Positions 43,199 to 52,370 of a DNA stretch of 64,000 nt are shown one piece after another; positions within the stretch are counted from its first letter, which is position 1, and each line of letters starts with the position of its first letter. Position numbers and translations under genes: made by a program. Source of the stretch: Candidatus Latescibacterota bacterium (GTDB lineage: Bacteria; Latescibacterota; UBA2968; GCA-2709665). Under the pieces are notes generated by a model. That model had not been told where the DNA came from. It did no database searches and saw nothing but the letters and a program-made list of their open reading frames with translations. The DNA lies in NCBI GenBank assembly GCA_965219455.1, contig OZ244744.1, positions 2,784,001 to 2,848,000 of the forward strand, in the 5' to 3' direction.

Positions 43199-43482
43199 TG
43201 CGGTGGTCCTATTCAGGAAGTCGTTCGTTTCGTCAATGCCAGCGACAGGGGACATCGAATCCGCTCCACATCAGGCGTGCGGCTGGAAATATGCCCATTG
43301 AACATTGCCTGTCCGATGTTTTTTTGCTTAGCTGTCTAACCTGGACACGCCCGGAAGGTGCGATGCGTCTGCCGATTTCGATCAAGTTATGTGTTCGGAG
43401 TCTATTCGATGAAGCCGCGGAATACGATCAAGACGCCATCGAGTTTGCAAGTGCCCATCTTCAGGAGGAGGTCGCAAAATGA
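43198..43482 (+). pseudogene. Deletion-fusion remnant: Cas4/RecB-like nuclease N-terminus joined to a prokaryotic Argonaute PIWI C-terminus
   Basis: aa1-17 WSYSGSRSFRQCQRQ resembles the S.S...F..C.R start of PD-(D/E)xK Cas4/AddB-like proteins; aa18 onward GTSNPLHI...AG..PIE...DVF.LS.L.W....RLPISIKLC.R matches the PIWI C-terminus. Confidence 0.7.
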
Positions 43483-43850
43483 GTGATTTGAGTTTATTGA
43501 GGGGAGTCTACGCCGATGTGGAAACATACGGCAGCCTGATAGACAGGGTAATTGCGCGGCTGGGTCGCGTAAGGACCGGTCCCCCGGATCGGGATCAGAA
43601 GAAGCTCGGCCAGCTTCTCATTTATGCAAACGATCAGGGTCTAAGATCGGAGTCCCTTGAGGCCCTGACGCTGGATAGCATTCTGCGGTTAAATACAGGC
43701 GAGCCTTTCGACGGCTTAGATCTGAAGCGACTAGGGGAATACCTTCTAAGCGGGGAAGTCGATGCCAGCTATAATAGGCAGCTAGAAACGCTTGCTCAGA
43801 GACTGGAGCAAGAAAGGGCGGAAATTGCGCGCCGACTCCGGAGGCGTTGA
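43479..43850 (+). CDS. Hypothetical helical protein (123 aa)
   Basis: GGAGG RBS; ATGA overlap with the upstream stop; TGATG overlap with the downstream gene. Confidence 0.7.
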   Translation: MSDLSLLRGVYADVETYGSLIDRVIARLGRVRTGPPDRDQKKLGQLLIYANDQGLRSESLEALTLDSILRLNTGEPFDGLDLKRLGEYLLSGEVDASYNRQLETLAQRLEQERAEIARRLRRR

Positions 43851-45001
43851 TGATCGAAGCCTATCTCGTCGGTTCGATCAACCAATCTATGCAGCGAATA
43901 CGGTATTTGCGCCAGATCGTACATGGAACGTATCGACGCGAATACGACGGTTTACGTCAAATTTGTCTGACGCATCTAGACGCCGCACAGGAATTGCTCC
44001 AATGCCTAACCGAGGAGACTGTCGTCGCTAAAGAACTACAGACACCTCGACGTGTGAGGGAATTCACACGAATCGTGGAACAGCTAGAAACGGCTGAGAA
44101 CGTTGGTGTATTCGCCCTAAGCAGAGTAAGCCAAGACGATGACTTCCTGAACCGCTTGATTACGGATGTTTGTCGCGAGATCAATTACCCGCTGATTCCT
44201 CCAGTCGTCAGTCACATATCTCAGGACTATTTCCATATATACCTCAACTTCAATCTACTATGTCTGCCGTTGGTGGAAAGTAGGTTTTTTCTACACCTCC
44301 CCGACATATATCACGAACTCTGTCATCTATTCCATCGGGAGCAGAATGCCGATTTGCCGCTTCTCAAGGCGTATCATGTTGCTTTCGAACGGAGCCTTTT
44401 CGAGGCCGTAAGGCACTACCGCGATAGTATCGTCGCTGCCGAACGCGTAAGTGAGCCAACAGGTAAGCTCTACCAACTCCAACTATGGCAAACATGTTGG
44501 GTCAAATACTGGATGCAGGAATTTTACTGTGACCTGTTCGGGGTACTTGAGGCGGGGCCGGCCTTTGTCTGGTCACACTATCACCTCTGTATAAAACGCG
44601 GTGGTGATCCCTTCGAGACTCCTCTGAAGTTTGTATCAACGCACCCGGCAGACGATGCACGTATGCGTGCGATGCAGTTGATGCTGACGGCGAACGGCTT
44701 CGACGGGGAAGTGAAGCGAATCGATGCAGCCTGGCGGGATTTTGTTGTTATAATGGGCTACAAAGTAGAGCCCGAATACCGTCAGTGTTACCCCGAAGAG
44801 TTGCTATCGAGAATCGTCTCCGCGACAAAAGAGGGAGTCGAAGGGACCGGTGTGGTGACAGCAAAGCCGGACACATTGGCGCCAATCGTCGATCTGCTGA
44901 ACTCGGCGTGGCAGGAATTCTGGCGCGCACCAGAAGACTATCAGGCGTGGGAAGCGAAAAGGTACGACGAATTGAGGCGCTCTTTGCGTGCCGACTGGTA
45001 A
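43850..45001 (+). CDS. Putative HExxH zinc metallopeptidase
   Basis: YHELCH, QEFYCDLFG (ExxxD), THP...R; ATG overlaps the upstream TGA. Confidence 0.72.
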   Translation: MIEAYLVGSINQSMQRIRYLRQIVHGTYRREYDGLRQICLTHLDAAQELLQCLTEETVVAKELQTPRRVREFTRIVEQLETAENVGVFALSRVSQDDDFLNRLITDVCREINYPLIPPVVSHISQDYFHIYLNFNLLCLPLVESRFFLHLPDIYHELCHLFHREQNADLPLLKAYHVAFERSLFEAVRHYRDSIVAAERVSEPTGKLYQLQLWQTCWVKYWMQEFYCDLFGVLEAGPAFVWSHYHLCIKRGGDPFETPLKFVSTHPADDARMRAMQLMLTANGFDGEVKRIDAAWRDFVVIMGYKVEPEYRQCYPEELLSRIVSATKEGVEGTGVVTAKPDTLAPIVDLLNSAWQEFWRAPEDYQAWEAKRYDELRRSLRADW

Positions 45002-45625
45002 ATGTGGGGCAGTTCCAACGTGCGCTGCATTAACAAAGTGCTTGACGTGAATCCTGAGGCATCCTCCACCGTCTTTCTGGTCGGCGATTTCCAGGGCGGG
45101 TCTTATGTATTGCGGATTCGACTCAAGGAGAACGCCGCGCTTTCTTTTGGCGGATTCAAGCGTGGGAAGATCATATCGCTTTTGGCGGGTGAGTACCTCT
45201 ACGCAGGTTCCGCCATGTCGAAGAAGGGCGCCGCGTCACTGGCCAACCGGCTGACTCGCCACGCCACCCGGAGCGGCCGGAAGCGACCTCACAACATCCG
45301 GGACGAAATGCTGCGGCGATTCAATGCCATCGGTCTCGGAAACGGAAATCTCACTCGAAAAAGACTCAAGAACCTGCACTGGAACGTCGACCACCTGCTC
45401 GACCTGCCGGCTGCCGAACTGACCGGCGCCTGCATCATTCGAACCCGGGAGCGCCTGGAAGCACGCCTCGGTCGGTTTCTGGAGCGTGATCCCCATACCA
45501 TCGTCATTGAAAAAGGTCTGGGCGCAAACGACGTTCCGGGTAACACGCACATCCTCCGTCTCTCGGGCGGAGACGCCTGGTGGACGTCCCTTCCTCAGCG
45601 GCTCAGCGTCTATTTTGGTCTCTAA
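45002..45625 (+). CDS. DUF123 / GIY-YIG-like (Uri superfamily) endonuclease
   Basis: GSYVL, YLYAGSA...L..RL.RH, LHWNVDHLL, GLGAND. Confidence 0.75.
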   Translation: MWGSSNVRCINKVLDVNPEASSTVFLVGDFQGGSYVLRIRLKENAALSFGGFKRGKIISLLAGEYLYAGSAMSKKGAASLANRLTRHATRSGRKRPHNIRDEMLRRFNAIGLGNGNLTRKRLKNLHWNVDHLLDLPAAELTGACIIRTRERLEARLGRFLERDPHTIVIEKGLGANDVPGNTHILRLSGGDAWWTSLPQRLSVYFGL

Positions 45626-45670
45626 AGTGCTTGTATTTAGACTGGTACCACTTCCCCTCTCTTCCTTTCT

Positions 45671-46284
45671 TTTTTCTTCGTCCTTTTTCTTGTACGCCCA
45701 AGAAAAAGGACCAAAAAGAACGGCGCCGTTCGGCACGGGGCCGGTTTTTCCGCGAATGACCTCAAGGGCATCACCTGGTCCGGTGCCCTGCATACGTATG
45801 CGTCTACACAGGGCAACGGTGTTGGACGGAATAACGCGGAAAAACCCCCCACTCCACCACCGTTCGCAGGAGGGATAAAGCTCAGGTGCGGGCGAACCCC
45901 TCTACAACAAAAGCTGCTGGTTTTTCCGTACACAGATGATTATTGACGTTAAAGCGCGGAGAACCAACCTCCACTCGCACAGCGGGTGGCCTGTTGACCC
46001 GGCGGTTTATCGGGGCAACAGGGGACGCCTGGTTCTGGCGTTCGAGGTTGCTGGTGAGCGGCGCGATTTTTGCCGCGAACAAACCCCCCACGCCACCACC
46101 GGGCGCGTGACGGATAAATTTCGTGAGTGAAACCGAGAAATGCACCTCTCGAAAACTGTGCAGATGAACGGTACATACGATAGCCCGCAAACCCTTCCGT
46201 GCCGTCTTTGAATTTGTAGGGGCAACCCTTGTGGTTGCCCTCTATATGGCGCGGGCAGGCGGGCGACCCGTGGGTCGCCCCTAC
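45671..46284. repeat. Composite structured non-coding repeat, copy A (87-bp core + stem modules + REP pair)
   Basis: 45671-45757 identical to 62415-62501; shared 3' end GAATTTGTAGGGGCAACCCTTGTGGTTGCCC. Confidence 0.85.
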
Positions 46285-47312
46285 AGGAACCGGGCATCCT
46301 GACTGGATTCCTCGAACCGTTGGAGCACCTGTTCGGGTGAGGCGGTGCCCGTTGTCCCGATCTGCTGGATGGTTATGGACGACACGAGTACTCCTACCCG
46401 TGCGGCATCGACGTACGAGGCGCCCGCACAAAGCGCCGAGACAATCCCCGCGGAAACGCTATCCCCCGCGCCCACAATATCGATGGGATCGGGCACTGTA
46501 ATGCCCGGAACGCGATGTATCGTTCCCCCATCGACGCAGAGGATGCCCTCCGGTCCAAGTGTAATATAGACGGGTCGTCCGGTGCGCTCGGCAAAGGACC
46601 GAGTGGCGGCGTTCAGACGCTCCGCCTCTTCCGTTCCGGAATTGCCGGCCGCCGCCTTGAGCGCCTCTTTTTGGTTCACCTTGACGATCACGTTCCGGAA
46701 CGCTGCGATGCGTGAACGGGAATCCGCCAGAAACACGATATCGGGATACTCACGAGCGAGGCACGCGATTCCCGCACGAACGCGATCCGTAATCACGCCG
46801 CAATTGGGTTCCTGGACCTGGTCGAGCACAATCACACCGTGAACCTCGCCAAGCAGATTCTCCAGGGCGGTGAGGATGCGGTCTTCAACGTGCCGCGGGA
46901 GGGGTAAGCGATTCTTGATATCCAATCGCTCCATCTCCTGCCCGGTCGTGCTGAGAATCGGTTTGGTATAGGTTGGCGTAACGCGGCCCGAAATTTCCAT
47001 CAGGTGCCGGGTATCCACACCCGTCGCATGCAGGCCCGCCTTCAGATCGTACCCATGTCCATCGTCGCCAATCACTCCGAGTGCCCGGATTCTCCCGACG
47101 CCCAGGGCATTGAGGTTGCCGGTCACGGTTCCCGCCGCGCCCGGCCGGTTCCGGACCTGTGCGACCTGCCGGGCCTCCAGCCCGGTCTCGAGTGAGATTT
47201 CAGCCAGATCCGGGTCGATAATGAGGTATCGATCCAGGAAATAATCCCCGACGACGAGAATGGAGAGGTCCGGAAAATTATCCAGCAGCTTTTGCAGATC
47301 GGAAGAAGTCAT
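46281..47312 (-). CDS. PfkB family carbohydrate kinase (RfaE/HldE kinase-like)
   Basis: VGDYFLD, PGAAG, ITLG..G, DIVGAGD. Confidence 0.85.
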   Translation of the reverse strand: MTSSDLQKLLDNFPDLSILVVGDYFLDRYLIIDPDLAEISLETGLEARQVAQVRNRPGAAGTVTGNLNALGVGRIRALGVIGDDGHGYDLKAGLHATGVDTRHLMEISGRVTPTYTKPILSTTGQEMERLDIKNRLPLPRHVEDRILTALENLLGEVHGVIVLDQVQEPNCGVITDRVRAGIACLAREYPDIVFLADSRSRIAAFRNVIVKVNQKEALKAAAGNSGTEEAERLNAATRSFAERTGRPVYITLGPEGILCVDGGTIHRVPGITVPDPIDIVGAGDSVSAGIVSALCAGASYVDAARVGVLVSSITIQQIGTTGTASPEQVLQRFEESSQDARFL

Positions 47313-47387
47313 AACGAAAAAATCGGGCCGCAACGGGAGCGTTCTGTGCTCGTCAGCGGCCCGGCAATCTATTTCCGGGACAGAATA

Positions 47388-48233
47388 CTAAGCATCGAGG
47401 AGATAGTCCACGAGTAAACCCTGACACCGGAAGTCCGGTATGATCAGATCCGCCCCCGCCTGAATCAGGCGTTCGCGTTTCCATGCATTCACGCCCCGGC
47501 GGCGAGCCTCATCGGACGCGACGCCCACGGCCGTTCCGCCCGCCGACTTGACGTTTTCAATCTCCACGTATCCATCGCCAAAGCCCAGCAACGCCTCGCC
47601 CGCGATCCCCTGTGAGACAATCAGATCCCGGATCACCCGCTCCTTGGAAAAATCCTGATATTGATCCAGTGCGCCGTAGACGCGATCTTCAAAGAAGGGC
47701 GTCAGCCCCAGCAGGGCGGCCTCCTTTTTAACGTACACCTCGTCGGTGCCACTTGCCAGATACAGCGTAAGTCCCCGGCATTGCAGGTTGCGAAGAAGAT
47801 CCAGCGACTTCGGCACCATCAGATCTTCCGCGGCAACAGCGTTGGAGCGGAGGCCGTGTATGCGACCCCTTATATGACCGTTGAGCCGTTCGTGATAACG
47901 GTGTTTGCAGGCGACCGGATCCGGAGGCGCGCCGCCGCGTTTTAGTACTTCCTCGGAAAGCCGGATCATCTGGTAAATGGTCTGCTTTCCCGTAAGCCGG
48001 TCGACAAAATCGGCCACAATATGTGTAAGTTGGGCCTCGGTCTCGCCGGTGTTGCATTCGCCAAGCGTTTCGACCATCATCGGGACCATGATTTCTCGCC
48101 AACCCTGGCGAATCAGCGAGAGCGTTCCGTCGAAATCGAAGAGTACCGTGCGAAAGCGGCCCCGGACTATTCCGTGGTTCACCCGTTCAATTTCAGCCAC
48201 TCGCAAGGAATCGGATCTATCCGGTAAGACCAC
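47388..48233 (-). CDS. HAD family hydrolase
   Basis: FDFDGT, LASGT, GFGDG. Confidence 0.85.
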   Translation of the reverse strand: MVLPDRSDSLRVAEIERVNHGIVRGRFRTVLFDFDGTLSLIRQGWREIMVPMMVETLGECNTGETEAQLTHIVADFVDRLTGKQTIYQMIRLSEEVLKRGGAPPDPVACKHRYHERLNGHIRGRIHGLRSNAVAAEDLMVPKSLDLLRNLQCRGLTLYLASGTDEVYVKKEAALLGLTPFFEDRVYGALDQYQDFSKERVIRDLIVSQGIAGEALLGFGDGYVEIENVKSAGGTAVGVASDEARRRGVNAWKRERLIQAGADLIIPDFRCQGLLVDYLLDA

Positions 48234-48457
48234 TGATTGACCTCATTGTCTGGAAAAATCGTGGATTTGTCGGGCGGAGTTGCACCAGACGGGCAATCTA
48301 AATGCGCATCGAGAATTGTCAAGCCATTTTACCCTTTGGAGACCCTGTCATTGAGTTCAAATCTGCTTGTCAAATTTCAATTCTACATTATCTTAATATC
48401 GTGCCTATTCAGACTTCGATAGAGAAGGCGGCTGATGGGGCGTTTCAGGGGCAGGCT

Positions 48458-49126
48458 ATGGAACGGCGGGTTGTGCAGCATTCAACCACCCGTAAAGGTG
48501 TCTTACAGCTTGCGTCCGTTAAGGCCGGCACGGCCACCCATTTCGAACTTATCTTCAACGGCGTTTTCCTGATGGCCACCTACAATGCCTCGTCCGATCG
48601 GGCATTGATGGACACCGTCCTGGAAACATCGAAGTCCCACAGGCACATCAACGTTCTTATCGGCGGTCTGGGATTGGGGATCTCCCTTCGGCAGGCGCTC
48701 GCTTATTCGAATGTGCGTTCCGTGTGTGTCGTGGAACTGGATTCGCGAATTGTAAACTGGAATCGCAAATACCTGAGCAATGCCGATATTCTGGACGATG
48801 CGCGCACGGAAGTGGTGGTCGGCGATTTTTGCGATTACCTTCAGGGCAATCCCCGAAGCTACCACGGCATCGCACTGGATATCGACAACGGTCCCGACCG
48901 GGTCGTGCGTTCGGAAAGCCGGCGTGCGTATAGTGTTTCCACACTGCAGGCGCTCCGAACGAGGCTGCGCCCGGGAGGAACGCTGGCGATCTGGAGCCAG
49001 GCTGCCAGCAATTCGTACGAACGTGCGCTGGAGAGCGTTTTCGGCGGGGTGACTCGACAACAAACGTGTGACCATAGCCTGACCGGAACACCGCTTGAGA
49101 GTATGATCTACGCGGTTCGGGCCTGA
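48458..49126 (+). CDS. Spermidine synthase-like SAM-dependent protein
   Basis: VLIGGLGLG, VVELD, LDIDNGP, LRPGG. Confidence 0.8.
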   Translation: MERRVVQHSTTRKGVLQLASVKAGTATHFELIFNGVFLMATYNASSDRALMDTVLETSKSHRHINVLIGGLGLGISLRQALAYSNVRSVCVVELDSRIVNWNRKYLSNADILDDARTEVVVGDFCDYLQGNPRSYHGIALDIDNGPDRVVRSESRRAYSVSTLQALRTRLRPGGTLAIWSQAASNSYERALESVFGGVTRQQTCDHSLTGTPLESMIYAVRA

Positions 49127-49162
49127 CCGGCAGGCAAAGACGATCTGAAAGGAATTGTGTGA

Positions 49163-50467
49163 ATGAACAACGACTCCCTATCTATAACGGATAATCGGAC
49201 CGGCAAGACTTACCATGTTCCCATTCTTTACGGCACGTACCACGAATACGGCGCCGCGATCAGAACCGCGGATCTGAAACAGATCAAGGTATCGGAGGAT
49301 GATTTCGGGTTGCTCGGATACGATCCGTCCTACCTGAATACGGGCTCGTGTCAGAGCGCAGTGACATTTATCGACGGAGATAAGGGCATTCTCCGTTATC
49401 GCGGGTATCCGATCGAGCAACTTGCCGAGCAAAGCACCCACCTGGAAACGGCATATCTGCTGTTGTTTGGAGAACTTCCCGGCCGGATGCAACTGGATGC
49501 GTGGAACGAGTCGATTATGGCGAACGTGACAACCGACCCCAGGCTGACCGAACTGGTGAACGGGTATCGGGCAGGCTCTCACGCAATGGGTATGCTGGTG
49601 GGGGTGCTGGGATCATTGTCGACGTTTTTCGAAAATTCAAGGGACGTCAGTTCCGACGACGCACGGGAACAGCATATTCGGCGATTGATCGGCTGGGCTT
49701 CCGTGGTTGCGGCAATGGTGTACCGCCGGAGCCAGGAGCTTGACTTTGTGGATCCGGATCCCTCGGCGGGGTATTGCGGCAACTTTCTGAGAATGATGTT
49801 CGGAGGATCTGACGACAATACTCCGGATCCGGCGTTGGAACGCGCGCTGGAGGTCCTTCTGATATTGCACGCCGACCACGAACAGAACTGCAGCGCCAGC
49901 ACCATGCGCGGCATCGGCAGCGGAGGCGCAGACGCGTACTCCTCCGCGGCCGGCGCCGCCGCCGCACTCTATGGGCCGGCGCATGGCGGCGCGAATGAAG
50001 CCGTGCTGAAGATGCTGAACGAGATCGGGTCGGTGGATAATATCCCGTCCTACATCAAACGCGTCCATAACCGGGAGGTGCGTCTGCAGGGCTTTGGGCA
50101 CCGGGTATATAAGAACTACGATCCCAGAGCCGCGATCATCAAGGAGACCGCCAACGCGGTATTCGAGGTGACCGGCAGGAATCCGCTCATCGACATTGCT
50201 CTGGAATTGGAACGCATTGCGCTGGAAGACGATTATTTCGTCTCTCACAAGCTGTATCCGAACGTGGATTTCTATTCAGGCATCATCTACCAGGCAATGG
50301 GCCTGCCAACGGACATGATGACCGTTATGTTCGCGCTGGGCCGGATGCCCGGGTGGCTGGCGCAGTGGAAGGAGTTGCTGAACGACCGGGAACAGCGTAT
50401 CGCGCGTCCGCGTCAGGTCTATATCGGTGAAGACCACCGCGACTATGCGTCGATTGGGGAGAGGTAG
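49163..50467 (+). CDS. gltA: Citrate synthase
   Basis: LRYRGYPIE, HADHEQN, GPAHGGANE, GFGHRVYKNYDPRA, YPNVDFYSG, RPRQ. Confidence 0.96.
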   Translation: MNNDSLSITDNRTGKTYHVPILYGTYHEYGAAIRTADLKQIKVSEDDFGLLGYDPSYLNTGSCQSAVTFIDGDKGILRYRGYPIEQLAEQSTHLETAYLLLFGELPGRMQLDAWNESIMANVTTDPRLTELVNGYRAGSHAMGMLVGVLGSLSTFFENSRDVSSDDAREQHIRRLIGWASVVAAMVYRRSQELDFVDPDPSAGYCGNFLRMMFGGSDDNTPDPALERALEVLLILHADHEQNCSASTMRGIGSGGADAYSSAAGAAAALYGPAHGGANEAVLKMLNEIGSVDNIPSYIKRVHNREVRLQGFGHRVYKNYDPRAAIIKETANAVFEVTGRNPLIDIALELERIALEDDYFVSHKLYPNVDFYSGIIYQAMGLPTDMMTVMFALGRMPGWLAQWKELLNDREQRIARPRQVYIGEDHRDYASIGER

Positions 50468-50604
50468 GCGACGGAAGGGACGCCACGCGGTACGTGGCGG
50501 ACAGAAAAGGGCGCAAGAGCCGATGGCTCTTGCGCCCGGACTATTTAGGCGTACAGCGGCGACTATTGGTTCCTTTAAGCGGCACCCCGGAACCCCTCAT
50601 ATTG

Positions 50605-50895
50605 CTACTTCAATGGATGCGTATCCATGTACTCGCGCACGGCATTCTTGTAGACTGTTTGTAACCCTCCACCGTGTTTCCTGCAGTATTCGAACGTTTC
50701 CCGGTCAATCGGAATCTGCGCCAGCATTTCGGTCTTCTTCCAATCTTCGCCGCTCATGAAAGGTGGCGCGTCCGGGTCGGAACGCGCAGCCGCGTTCAAT
50801 TCCGTTTCGGTCAACACATTGACCCGATTCCAGTCTGTCCGTGAATCTTCCGCCAGGTCATCGCGGGAATATCTCACGATATCTTCTTCGTTCAT
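50605..50895 (-). CDS. BrnA-like antitoxin
   Basis: TDW.RV, DPDAPP, ID......Y....G..QT.....VREYM; downstream of BrnT. Confidence 0.75.
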   Translation of the reverse strand: MNEEDIVRYSRDDLAEDSRTDWNRVNVLTETELNAAARSDPDAPPFMSGEDWKKTEMLAQIPIDRETFEYCRKHGGGLQTVYKNAVREYMDTHPLK

Positions 50896-51133
50896 TTTGA
50901 TTGGCTCTCCTTGCGGAAATGATCCGGTGGCGACTGTTGCGAATGGCGTATACAACGTAGAGTTCAGTTTCTTCAACTTTGCCAATAGATACGTACCGAA
51001 TTTCTCCGTAATCTTTCCGGTTATCGATAAACGTGAATACGGATCCATCAAAAACGCGCGCGGCGGACAAAAAGCCTACTCCGTGTTTCCGGATATTCAG
51101 TTCATTCTTGCGTTCGTTCCATTCGAATTCCAT
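50858..51133 (-). CDS. brnT: BrnT family ribonuclease toxin
   Basis: MEFEWNERKNELNIRKHGVGF...DYGEIRY..IG...RIISARRA. Confidence 0.88.
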   Translation of the reverse strand: MEFEWNERKNELNIRKHGVGFLSAARVFDGSVFTFIDNRKDYGEIRYVSIGKVEETELYVVYAIRNSRHRIISARRANQNERRRYREIFPR

Positions 51134-51188
51134 AGTCTGTTTGCAGTCAAAGATATGGGATTGGCCTTGCGTCGTCAAGGTTTGGGGA

Positions 51189-51956
51189 TCAGTCGCCGTA
51201 GAGTTTCAGTGGCGAGAGCGTGATGAGGGAGGGTTCGTCGCGAAGGACGCGCGAGACATACTCGATTGTGGGAACGACACGGAAGGCCTGCCAGCGTGAC
51301 GGCCCGACCGAGGTCTGGCTGACGAGGCCGGCGGACTTGACGCGATCGCCCATAACGCTGAAGTTGAATCCGGGCCACATGCGCGACTCGCTCGTATTGT
51401 CGAAATTGCGCTCAACCCATAGAGCCTGGTTATAGTGGAAGATGGAGCAGACGTTGAAGCCGACGCCCATGAGGACGTAGAGGGTGTTGCGAGCGACCAG
51501 CCAGTCCCACGGAGAGCCATGGCCGAACGCTTTCTCGTCCCACGGACTGTGGCGGGAACCCGCCCGTTTGTGCCCGCCCATGGCGGCCTCGGCTTCGGCG
51601 CCGATGGCGGCCATGGAGTCACAGCAGTGGTCGCTGCGCACGGCGTCCGGGCGCCGGCGGAAGACCTCGGTGACGTGGCCCACGTCCGAGGGCGATGTTC
51701 GGATGTTCCAGGCTTCGCGGCGGGTCCTGTAGGTGGCGGATTCGCCGTTGACTTTTTGCACGAAAGTGGGCACAACCACGGTACCTGTCGCGCCAACGGC
51801 TTCGACGGCGCCGTCAATGACGGTATCGGCGCCTCCGTGCACGTAACCAAAGCTCTTCAGGGAACTGTGAAAGAGGAGTGCATCGCCTTTTCGAAGGCCG
51901 AGGGCGGCGAAGCCCTGAAGGAGGTCGTCTTTCTGGATAGGATTCCGGACTGCCAT
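51189..51956 (-). CDS. AAC(3)/YokD family N-acetyltransferase
   Basis: HSSLKSFG.V.GG, VVPTF, RS.H, GVGF...SIFH. Confidence 0.82.
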   Translation of the reverse strand: MAVRNPIQKDDLLQGFAALGLRKGDALLFHSSLKSFGYVHGGADTVIDGAVEAVGATGTVVVPTFVQKVNGESATYRTRREAWNIRTSPSDVGHVTEVFRRRPDAVRSDHCCDSMAAIGAEAEAAMGGHKRAGSRHSPWDEKAFGHGSPWDWLVARNTLYVLMGVGFNVCSIFHYNQALWVERNFDNTSESRMWPGFNFSVMGDRVKSAGLVSQTSVGPSRWQAFRVVPTIEYVSRVLRDEPSLITLSPLKLYGD

Positions 51957-52154
51957 TTGGATACGTAGGATCCGATCGGAGATTTCGACCTCCAGAATCC
52001 TGGAGGCAAAAAAACCGGCGATTTAGAGTCAAACCGCCGATACGTAGAGATTCTTTCTCGCCTTCACGAGTTGCAGAAAACAGAAACTTCCCATCAGATC
52101 TGTCTCCAACTGGAATTTCCTGCCACAGCATATCAACCCGTATGAGATTACGAA

Positions 52155-52370
52155 TCAGAGCTTGGACTGATTACGCACTTTCTTAATCTCGTTGAGGATT
52201 TCGTCCAATGTCATATCTTCGAAAATTTGCTCCCGCTCCTGGGTATAATCTCCGTAACCCATCGTAAATTGGTTGATGAATCGTATCGTATTCGCAATAC
52301 CAATCTCTTTGGAAAGCACTTCAAGGGCCTCTTTGGTTATTTCGCTCAAGGCCTTTTCCTGAACGGTCAT
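52155..52370 (-). CDS. Small protein downstream of the PIN gene (putative antitoxin)
   Basis: L.KEIG..NTIRFI.QF..G.GDYT.ER; start overlaps the PIN stop. Confidence 0.7.
   Translation of the reverse strand: MTVQEKALSEITKEALEVLSKEIGIANTIRFINQFTMGYGDYTQEREQIFEDMTLDEILNEIKKVRNQSKL

Noticed and set aside
45236-45933. ORFs sharing YAQEKGPKRTAPFGTG with ORFs at 62301-62747
   Set aside because: Translations of the non-coding repeat core; similarity stops at the repeat boundary.
45671-46284. CRISPR or other regular guide array
   Set aside because: Recurring motifs are degenerate, few and irregularly spaced; no cas operon.
51189-51956. Bona fide aminoglycoside resistance gene
   Set aside because: Only family-level motifs; AAC(3)/YokD homologues have other substrates and there is no resistance context.
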